Shown here piece after piece: positions 1-8,225 of a stretch of 10,996 nt of DNA; position 1 is the stretch's first letter; the number at the start of each line of letters is the position of its first letter. Source of the DNA: a bacterium (GTDB taxonomy: Bacteria > SAR324 > NAC60-12). The notes beneath the pieces were generated by a model that was given only the letters and a program-made list of their open reading frames with translations, was not told the origin of the DNA and ran no database searches. The DNA lies in assembly GCA_965233585.1 (NCBI GenBank), contig CBDDTI010000265.1, positions 1 through 10,996 of the forward strand, given 5' to 3'. Position numbers and translations under genes: made by a program.

Positions 1-1
1 C

Positions 2-547
2 ATAAAAAATTCTGTCTTAGAACAAGAAAGAGAGGTCTTTCAAAAAGAAAAAGCAGATCTTGATATGTTGATTGAAAATGATAAAAAAATTGTCGGCGAT
101 TTAAATTCCACAGCTTTCGAAATAGAAGCGGCTGAAGAAAGAATTACGCAGCGTGAAAGAGAAAGAGAATGGATTTAAGAGCGTCTTCAGCAAACTGAGC
201 GAGAGCTTGGGCTTGAAGATAGAAGATCTCTTCGAGAAAAAATAAAATAGATTTTTTTAAAAAATGGCGTTACGGTGACCGCCATCTTTCTTGCCGCGGG
301 CGCCACAATTGGGGCTGTTATTGGCTCTATCACCAACGCTTTGAAAAAACTCGGAAAAGGTTTAGCAAATGGCCTTAAAACGATTGGAGAGAAAGCTGCT
401 TCTGCGTTGCCGGGCCTTATTGGGGCAATCACCAGCTTTCTTTTCAAAGCTGCTGCGAGTGCCATCGGCTTTCTTGCTGAACATACCTGGCTCTTGATTC
501 TGGCAGTGGTTGCATTTCTTTTCCAAAAATTGATGAAAAAGCGTTAA
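2..547 (+). pseudogene. C-terminal part of a coiled-coil plus amphipathic-helix plus C-terminal TM protein of the viral element, with two premature stops
   Basis: The frame from position 2 reads IKNSVLEQEREVFQKEKADLD...EERITQREREREWI*ERLQQTERELGLEDRRSLREKIK*IFLKNGVTVTAIFLAAGATIGAVIG...HTWLLILAVVAFLFQKLMKKR. In-frame TAA at 176-178 and TAG at 248-250 interrupt E/K/R-rich sequence; the frame is the same as ORF 275-547. Confidence 0.75.
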
Positions 548-2168
548 CGCGATGCCATAAACAACAGAGCCATGACACCTACAACGCCAACAATTACCGC
601 AGTTTTGTTTATTTCATGCTGAGGCGTTTTTTCTAAAACTTCATCTGGCTCTGAAACAGTTTCTTTTTCTGAAGCTTGTTTATCATTTGGCCGCAGTAAT
701 TGTGCGGCCATGGCTGCTTTGTGAATTGGGTTTGAGGGGTGGCTGTTGGGCGGGTGTATTTTTGATTGCACTCCATCCATCAGCTGGAGTGCTGCTTTTT
801 TTGTCCCTAAATTTACGTCATTGTTCATGCCTAGCTTCATTCCCGCTTTCGCTTGCATGAGCTTGTTGTTGTAGCCTACTATGCTTTCTGTGTTGATGAT
901 CATTCTTGCCGGCATCAACCACGCTCCGGGGCACACGGCGAGATTCAGCCTGACTTTTGCTTCATCAACTGCGAGCTGGTACCTTTGCACGCTTTTCGGC
1001 AAGTCTGTCTGTCTTATGGCGTCTTCCATCAGTGTCAAGAACTCCGTCTGTGCCTCTTTGGCTCTCCCACCTTTTCCAAGGATGCTGCTCCCTACGTTTA
1101 CTTGCGCACCCAAGATGCAGTAAACGAATGCTGCGATTGACTGGTTGATTCGTGAAAGGCCCGCTTGTGTCAAACCCGCGGCTGTTTTTGGTGCAAACCA
1201 GTCGTACTGAGTGGCGGCGACTGCGTCTGGTCGGATGTAAGAAACCCTGTTTCCTTTGTTCGCATCACCCCCTTCATCGCTGAATCTCATCCATCCTGGG
1301 TATTTGAAATCAAGCTGCATCTCGCCATTGACTCTTCCCAGCCCGTGGTTTTTTCCGAATGTAAATCTAAAATCGCTCGATGGTTCAATCTCGAACTCGG
1401 CGTATATTCTTTTGTATGAGGCCACGTCATAATGGTTGTTGAGTGGATTAAAAGTGGGGTCTCCTGGCAAAGCGCTCATGCTCTGGATGCCACCAAGCTG
1501 GTACAAAACCTCCTTACCGTGAAGTACACGTGAAACTGGTAGAATGCCCTTATCTGTGGTGTAAGTGACCGCCCTTCGTCAAAGATTTCACGAGAAATTC
1601 CGCATCCCTGTGTCGCACAAAACACCGCAAAGTTAATCTGTTGTGGCCAATATTTCATGTTTGGCCCTCTTAACCAGGTTTTCGCTTCAGCCGATGCTGT
1701 GTGTGTAAGCCTGGTTTGCTGAAATATGTCGCTAAATTTTGTTACAAAAAATTCGTCTGGCGTTGCATAGATTCTATTCTCTTGATTGAAGATTTTGGCA
1801 ATGCTAGGTGCAGGTTCTGTGAAATCTACTGCCGGGATTGGCAATGCTCGTTTTGTTTTCAATGACGATAGCTGGAAAGGAAAGCCTTCTTCGCCCATCA
1901 CACCTAGTGCGTTCTCCATTTTCTGGCTCCAATACTTTCTGTCTGAGCCAAACACGCTAACTGAAGAGCCCGCGCTTTCATTGAAAAACACTTCTGCGCT
2001 TATTTTGTACTTTTCATCAACGCTTGTTTGGACATAGAATTGGGTTTTGTCCGCATTCGGAAACTGTTTTGTGAATTGTTCCCACGCATTTTTCTTTGCC
2101 AAAGAAAGTTTGGCTTTCGTCTCTGGCTTTCGGGTCCATTTATCAAAGTCGCTTGAATACTCAGCCAT
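544..2168 (-). pseudogene. ~541-aa uncharacterised protein of the viral element with a C-terminal membrane anchor and one frameshift near 1506-1510
   Basis: ORFs 1476-2222 (likely start MAEYSS, ATG at 2168) and 544-1506 join if one base is restored in AGGAGGTTTTGTAC, giving ...HVYFTVRR[V/I]LYQLGGIQS.... It ends in TAVIVGVVGVMALLFMASR. Confidence 0.75.
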
Positions 2169-2199
2169 TTTAGAGAGAGTTATATTCGTCCAATATAAA
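2169..2199. promoter_or_regulatory. Putative 31-bp bidirectional promoter with inverted AATATAA motifs
   Basis: TTATATT (2180-2186) and AATATAA (2192-2198) form a perfect inverted pair around CGTCC, between divergent ATGs at 2168(-) and 2200(+). Both starts have AAAATG context. Confidence 0.5.
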
Positions 2200-2868
2200 A
2201 TGGTGGTTCTCACTATTGTCATTCAAAAGAATGGAGAGACCGTATTTTTGGATCAGTCGATTCCACAAGTTCATTTCATGAAACTTATATCTTGCAGTCT
2301 GTATAATTCTTGGGATACTTTGAAAAAACAAAGTATTGCAATAATGGGAGAAGAAACAAGGCCTATGGAAACTTCAACAATACCTCCAGGACATCACACT
2401 TTGGAGAACTTAGCAAAACTAATAAACGACATGTTTCCCAGTTTGTTGGGCGGTCATTTAGAAACAAAAATAAACACAGCCGAAGCCTTGCTTCAGATAG
2501 AAAATAAATCGCAGCAAAAAATTTCCTTTGATCGTGATTTTGCCAACATAATCGGCATTGATGGCGCGCTAAAAAAATAACAAACGTAAGAAGACTCCAG
2601 ATATCCAACAGGCTACTTCATTCACTGTGATTTGATCGACAGAAACAATAACTTTTTAAACAACAAAAAGTCAGACCTCCTGGCTAAAATCGATGTGAAA
2701 GGCAGGCCTTATGAAAAAGTAAGATATGATGCTTCTGCCCAACAGCCTATCCGAGACTGCTCGACAAGTCCACATGTAAACAGTATCACTGTAAGTGTCA
2801 GAGATGAAAATGGCCAGCTTTTTGATTTCAAAGACATGCCACTTGAATTTGAATTGGAGCTAAATTAA
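2200..2868 (+). pseudogene. Penton/minor capsid protein-like (single jelly-roll) gene disrupted by two compensating 1-bp indels
   Basis: ATG at 2200 (MVVLTIVIQKNGE). Motifs IPPGHHTLENL, YFIHCDLI, SDLLAKIDV.G.PYEK and VNSITVSVRDENGQLFDFKDMPLEFELEL match my recollection of Polinton-type minor capsid proteins. ORFs 2047-2580 and 2632-2868 share a frame; adding one A at 2571-2577 and removing one C near 2597 gives LKKITNVRRLRYPTGYFIHCD. Confidence 0.65.
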
Positions 2869-2882
2869 TTTTTTTTTATACC

Positions 2883-3513
2883 ATGTGTTCAAACGTTTTA
2901 CCGTCTGCGCCTCAAGAAGAATCAAGTCTGTATCCACAGCTTTCGCCACACGACTTCAGAATGCAAAAAGCAAATGAAGTTTCAGCTGCTCTGAACGCAG
3001 AAGGTTTCCATTATCGAAGCGTTGCGAAAAAATATAAGCGTGCCAAGAAAGTTGTAAATTCCAGTTCCAGAAAGTTCCAGCATCATTTCAACTGCAATTT
3101 CAAGTGCTAGTTTAGCCTCCGCTCTCTCTGTTGTGGGGCTTCCAGCCGCAATTCTGCTCGGTGGCGCTGGTGGGGCATTCGCTCTTGCTTCCTCAGGGCT
3201 GATTATCGCCAGCAAAAAGCTTGATTCAAAGATAAAAAAACATCAACAGATTGTGTCACTTGCAATCGCCAAGCGCGACACGGTCTACCGGCTTCATTCC
3301 AAAGCCCTTGCCGACAATCAAATATCAGACAGCGAGTTTCAGTTGATCATGGCAGAATTTTCGCAGTATAACGTGCTAAAAGAAGCTGTCAGGGCGAAAC
3401 TCACTCGTAACTCGTCTCAGCCAGACATTGAGAAGATCAAAAAAAATGTTCGAAGCGAGATGGAAGCAGAATTTCGAAAAAAAATAACTGCTCTAGCCGC
3501 CGGTTCGAATTAA
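2883..3513 (+). pseudogene. ~210-aa hydrophobic-hairpin membrane protein of Polinton/adintovirus type ('gasderminX'-like), frameshifted near 3060-3075
   Basis: The N-part PSAP..LYPQL..FRMQK..KKYKRAKKVVN continues in another frame as SSSIISTAISSASLASALSVVGLPAAILLGGAGGAFALASSGLIIASKKL..KKHQQI..LAIAK..SKALADNQISDSEFQLI. The junction carries the short duplication AGTTCCAG x2. The family name is from recall, not a search. Confidence 0.6.
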
Positions 3514-3536
3514 CATACCAGAAATTTAATTCAGGA

Positions 3537-3600
3537 TTTCATTTTAGCGTGACAAAAAGTCACGCGTGACGTTGCGTGACGCGTCACACAAAAAATGAAA
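3537..3600. repeat. Nested palindromic GCGTGAC/GTCACGC iteron cluster
   Basis: TTTCATTTT (3537-3545) and AAAATGAAA (3592-3600) enclose GCGTGAC-AAAAA-GTCACGC (3547-3565), GTCACGCGTGAC (3559-3570) and GTGACGCGTCAC (3576-3587). Confidence 0.8.
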
Positions 3601-4549
3601 ACTCTAGGGGGAGGTGCACGGTGGCTGTTTTGTTTGCCTAGCCCTGGCTAGGTTTTTTTCCCGCCGCTGACAAGGCGGCTGTCGGTTTCCATTTATCCTC
3701 TGGGACAGAGTTTGAGCTCCTGAGGGGGCTCTGAGCACCTCCCAGTTATGGGCTGGGCCGAGGCGGGCTCACCCGGGGTTGTCACCGCACATTCGGTCCC
3801 ACCCTCGACCTCTAACAAGGTCATGCACGTGTTTTTTAAGGAATCAGGGGAGGCCAGCCCCACATCCAAGAACACCACCAATCACTTGCTAATCAAATAT
3901 TGGCCGATATGAGATATTTATATTGCATAAAACGGGCTTTATCAGACATGTGGGACATTTTTTTTCTGACTTGTAAAAACGTGTGCGTATTTTGAATAAA
4001 TTACAAACATATAAAATGATTGTATTGATACACACATTTTGGCACGTTATTTTGCCGAAATTTCGCTCCCTGCTTGGCAAAAAGAAGTCAGAGATATAAC
4101 ATGTGAAGTTATCAAGGCGATGAAAGAGGCAAAAAAATATAAAACTGCGGTTTAAGACGTGACGTGATGCATGAAATATTTTTGCCTCGTCATATGTAAA
4201 CAAACTTGAATTTGCATACAGAATATTTAATCAGCCTCCAGGAGCATTTCCACTCGATGTTTTTGCGTGCCAGTCGTCGTCTTTTGGCAAAAGAAAATCG
4301 ACAAGCTGTTGTGGATTCATGTTTTTCATAAGGCTTGTTCAGGTACGAATATTTTTTTTATTTCTCTGTTTGGCTTAGAAAAATAAACCAATGGCTTTCC
4401 TCGTTCTCTTTGTCCTCTTGAAGGTTTTGTCCTCCGCTCGCTTTGATCTATTATTCCGTTTCTTCCTCTGCCCATAATACAATAGAGCCGCATTTCTTCG
4501 ATAGAAAAATATTCTATGTCGCAAAACAATAACTCATATTTCAACCTTA

Positions 4550-4683
4550 CACACATAGACGATGAGGCGTTCTGTGGCAGATTTTTATGAGTTCTGTGGG
4601 GGCCGGCGGCGAAGCAATGCGAGCCGTCGGACGCCACAGAACTCCATAAAAATCTGCCACAGAACCCTCATCGTCTATGTGTG
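4550..4683. mobile_element. Palindromic MITE-like foldback element
   Basis: Arms of ~50 bp, CACACATAGACGATGAGG..TTCTGTGGCAGATTTTTATG..AGTTCTGTGG, are nearly perfectly inverted. There is an inner CCGGCGGC/GCCGTCGG stem, and TTA flanks both sides (4547-4549, 4684-4686). Confidence 0.8.
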
Positions 4684-5156
4684 TTAAATCTATTGTGTAA
4701 TTCTATGTGTTCAAAACTTAAAAATCCAAAGGGTAAAAGTTTAATCATAGTAGCACTTTAATCAAATTAGCTGCCTTCAGCTCCAGTTCTGACTTGCATA
4801 CTAACGTTAGTGACATATTTGGAAAACAGAACAGAAAGACAGCAGGGAAAGACTGTACACTCATTGGCAAACTGACCAACATATTAGCCACTCCAGCGCC
4901 GGCCTATGATGTGTATTTTCAAAATGCGGTGTTAGAAAAATCAAAAAAGCGCCATCTTGTTAAAAAACACAACCGTTTCAATTTTCTCAAGTTTACTTTC
5001 TTTTGAATTTAATCGGGCAAATGTTGCATTTAAGAAAAGATGTGACGTTTGTTTCCGGGGAACAACTGGAAGGATTCTCCGTGCGAAGAATAATTTGTTT
5101 TTATTTTAGTTTTCCTTATCCGGCACAGTCCACCTCAAAAGCGAACGAGATGCATA

Positions 5157-5230
5157 AGTCGATCGGTCGGTCGCTCGGTCAGCCAGTCTGTCTGTTCCTT
5201 CACCTTGGTGCGTCGGTCGGCAGGGTCAGT
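5157..5230. repeat. Degenerate (GTCG/GTCA/GTCT)n tetranucleotide simple repeat
   Basis: gtcgatcggtcggtcgctcggtcagccagtctgtctg...gtcggtcggcagggtcag. Confidence 0.6.
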
Positions 5231-5315
5231 TCCAGGATGGTATCAGCAAAAAAAACAAAATCCTAGTTGAAGTTACTTCGTAATTATGCGAGTATATCCT
5301 TTGAGATTGACTTAC

Positions 5316-5573
5316 TTGGACGATGTTGATGCTGCTGTTTCGTTGATCAGCGCCTACAAACACAGTAAACAGCGGTCCTATTGCCAATTTTCTCCTCATT
5401 AAAGAAACATATTTTAACATGTCCCAGGACTCCTGATTCCATTCGTCTGAGGTCACGGTCCACGATCCGTATTCCTTTATCAGATCGTGTAAAGGCTTGG
5501 AGCCCCTTCTGTTAATTTCTTCTGTATTTATACATGACTTGTAATAAGCTATCCCTTTCTGAAAGGATGCAAG
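5316..5573 (-). CDS. Internal exon of an M13 peptidase (neprilysin/ECE-like)
   Basis: Acceptor TATCTCTTACAG| and donor CAA|GTAAGT, phases 0/0. It encodes LASFQKGIAYYKSCINTEEINRRGSKPLHDLIKEYGSW...PLFTVFVGADQRNSSINIVQ, typical of the Peptidase_M13_N region. Confidence 0.92.
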
Positions 5574-5739
5574 CTGTAAGAGATAGCAAAATGTGCTTAA
5601 TGGACATTTTATTTCGATCTGTTTGCATTTCCATATAACAACGTAGATGTTTTTCGGGAAATTAGAATATGCCATATCCAGACACTCTCTAGGGGCTAAT
5701 CCCTCACTCCGACCCATAAAGCAACTAAGACGTTTTGCT

Positions 5740-5870
5740 TTTCTCCCCATGGATGGATGTAAGTCTCCAGCATTTGGTCAAGTCACCCACCTACACTGCA
5801 TGGTCGACAGGTAATTTTAGACTAACGTGTCTTACCTAGAAATGAAACACAAAGACCATGGGTGACCACG
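5740..5870 (-). repeat. Possible highly degenerate SINE remnant
   Basis: Fragments such as ctccccatggatggatg, cccacctacac and gtgtcttacctagaa resemble cnidarian SINE bodies as I recall them. Weak support. Confidence 0.3.
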
Positions 5871-6846
5871 CTTAGTCTAGCTAAAACCTCTGAACAGTTT
5901 GTCCAGCACATTCACGACCATTCACCATTCTCTGAACAAGACAAAAACTATGAGGATTTATCGTTTTTCAGCCATTCTACGATTAACCGTAAACAATAAA
6001 ACATTTCATAATTTGTTTGTTGGATCGATTTGCTTGGACTGTGCTTTGAACCTATTACACGAACGTTTTATCCAGAAGGAAGGTTCCAGGACTCATCAAC
6101 CTGTCACAATCTGTCAAGTTCTGCAAAGTCTTGGACTAAAAATATTTCAAGCATCTTCTGTTTTACGCATGGCTGTATTTACTTGGATATCAACAGAACT
6201 CGTACTTTGTACCTCAGAATTCGAATATAAACAAGCACTATCGCAATATTTTGGATTGCATTGATCACCATACATCGAAGATTATAAAGTAAGAACAAAT
6301 TGACCTACGTAGTAAGGCACGTTCATTGCCGTAGTGAACTATCCAGATTGCAAGAAAATTTGAATGGACCAATCAGAAATCATATTTAGCCCACGTGACC
6401 AACAAAACGGAAGCAATGCTTCCCGTATAACAAACTAGGAAACATTTGGGAAGCATGGGCGAGCCATGAATATTTGTGGAAAAATGCTGCATCGATTTGT
6501 TGACGTTTAGTGAAACTGACCAGCTAGAGTTCAGTCTCAGGTAGTATATATTTGGTAGCCTTACTCCCGAACATTTCGCTTGTAAAGGCGGGCTTTCGTT
6601 AACCTCTTGAGAAGGAACCTACTTGCTTGCCAATAAACGTTGTTCTTGTTCGCTGAAATTTATTGTGACTTATTTTAGAAGTCATTTTGCAGACGAAGCC
6701 ACTATCTGGAAAATTCCATACGAACTAACTCAGACCATGCATTTCCGACATTTGTTTGTGAGACATGGTTTACCCATTGACTCGAGAAAACACGGTTCAG
6801 TCGCTTTTTTTCAACAAAGAATTTTAAACATCATTTAGCCAACTAA

Positions 6847-7228
6847 GGCCTTGTCCACACTAATCCGTTTTCAAGGGAAAACAGAGCTGTTATCGTTTTC
6901 GTATCGTTTTCGCCAGTCCACACTACAAGGGAAAAGCTAGATGGTAGCTTCTGTCCGCCATTTTGGATACTCACGGTCGAGTGGTCTGGCACCCGGTCGT
7001 GTCTATTTTGATGACGTCACCGTTTTCAGATAGCATCGTTTTCTCTGTCGGTCCACACTAGAAAACAGTGTTTTCAAAAAGCATCGTTTTTAAATCGCTC
7101 CACTGGAGAACGTTTTCGAATGGCTCCGTTTTCGGTCATCGTTTTCGGTGTTGTAGTGTGGACGATAGCCGTATCCGGAGCAAAACAGCTCCGTTTTCGT
7201 TTGAAAACGGGTTAATGTGGACAGGGCC
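6847..7228. mobile_element. Non-autonomous PIF/Harbinger-type MITE (382 bp)
   Basis: Left end GGCCTTGTCCACACTAATCCGTTTTCAA versus reverse complement of the right end GGCCCTGTCCACATTAACCCGTTTTCAA (25/28, extending to ~45 bp). TAA duplicated at 6844-6846 and 7229-7231. Internal CGTTTTC and GTCCACACTA repeats. Confidence 0.9.
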
Positions 7229-7441
7229 TAAACCGCGCCTCAGCCCTAAACAATGGTTCATTTAGCCTTCGTCTAAATAATCGCAGCCCGAGGTGTTTTA
7301 CAGAGTGATTAAGCGTTGCAGGTCTGCTTCGGTGACAGTATCGATTATAGTAGTCGTAAGAGTTGTTTCATGGTTAGATTTTAGTTCAAAACTACTTGAG
7401 ACGAATGACGTTAACGGCTGATAAACTTTAATTTTGCTGTT

Positions 7442-8007
7442 GATCGTTTTCACTGTCATGCAATGAAAAATATAAATCGAAAACCATCCAATGGAAAAAG
7501 TCAAGAAATCGTGATGTTGTAAAAGATAAATAAAGAAGACAGTTCTCCAAGTTTTAGGCCTGTGCGTTTCCCCAAACATCAGATATTCGTTGTAATGTTT
7601 TGCAGAAATGTACAGAGCCCAGTATGAAAACGACATGTTTGTGTACATCTATTGTGCACCAACATGGCGGCCGGAAAATAGGGTCAACATCTGGAACTTA
7701 CTTTGGCTATCTAGGCCAGTGATCATCTGCACTGAACAATCAGGTATTTACCTAAGCACTTTTCGTAATGCTCTAACCACTAAAAGGGCACAAAATCATG
7801 GGATAAGTATATATTTTTCAACAAACTCGATCGCTGCCTTGTGTCACGCACAGAAATTCGAAATCCTCTGGTTTCCAAACGGAGCACGCTAGTAAGCTTT
7901 AAAATTTAAAACGGCTATAAATTTACCGCCTCTTATGTCTGATGAGGATAAAAACTTTCAGGGCTCTTTACTTTTAGATTTTAGAAAATGATGACGTCAA
8001 GTGAAAA
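7442..8007. mobile_element. Probable non-autonomous DNA transposon-like interspersed repeat with a clipped right end
   Basis: Short inverted ends TTTTCACT (7447-7454) and AGTGAAAA (8000-8007) next to TGACGTCA, and an internal CCAACATGGCGGCC motif. It resembles a common coral repeat by recall. Confidence 0.5.
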
Positions 8008-8010
8008 GTG

Positions 8011-8177
8011 GCCTCCATTTGGGGCGAAAATATGCTGGGATAATTGTCTTAGGACATTATCTGATCCTCGAAGCTCACAGTTTATCTCGACCTTCGCTTT
8101 CGGAAAACTGTTCGCTCCCTGGAACAGATCATGTCCGCAGATAAATATCCTGGCATATTTTCGCCCCAGATGGAGGC
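8011..8177. mobile_element. Palindromic MITE-like foldback element
   Basis: GCCTCCATTTGGGGCGAAAATATGC matches the reverse complement of GCATATTTTCGCCCCAGATGGAGGC at 24/25. Imperfect pairing continues inward (GGACATTATCTG/CAGATCATGTCC, ACAGTTT/AAACTGT). Confidence 0.85.
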
Positions 8178-8182
8178 TATTT

Positions 8183-8225
8183 AACAATTAAACCCGTGGC
8201 CCTAGAGGGGGAAGGGTCTAATTGT
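8183..8225. repeat. Short imperfect hairpin, probably an internally deleted palindromic MITE
   Basis: AACAATTAAACCC ... GGGTCTAATTGTT inverted arms with one mismatch. Confidence 0.45.

Larger units (their letters stand above)
1..3880. mobile_element. Right portion of a degenerate endogenous Polinton/Maverick/adintovirus-like DNA virus element, continuing left of the window
   Basis: Four intronless genes with overlapping stops or 14-31 bp spacers. One has penton/minor-capsid-like motifs and one resembles a Polinton-associated hydrophobic-hairpin protein. A GC-rich structured segment ends in ...CACCACCA at 3880, then sequence turns AT-rich. No pPolB, integrase or major capsid gene is in the window, so class and right boundary are inferred. 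Confidence 0.7.

Noticed and set aside
187..3215. Antisense or alternate-frame ORFs (187-465, 853-1140, 881-1123, 957-1148, 1165-1419, 1786-2037, 2310-2507, 2363-2608, 2982-3215)
   Set aside because: They are shadows of the four real genes and show no independent motifs.
3637..3659. Hairpin plus T7 resembling a bacterial intrinsic terminator
   Set aside because: The context is eukaryotic; it is treated as part of the structured terminal domain.
4326..4637. ORF containing IIDQSERRTKPSR, superficially like the next M13 exon (IDQSGLxLPSR)
   Set aside because: No polypyrimidine acceptor in the right phase, no further similarity, and it overlaps a foldback repeat.
6870..7210. Recurrent CGTTTTC units suggesting a CRISPR-like array
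   Set aside because: Units are short and irregularly spaced, and they are subterminal repeats inside a TIR/TSD-bounded MITE.
7938..7965. CTGATGAG hammerhead-like core
   Set aside because: No helix II followed by GAAA and no cleavage triplet arrangement.
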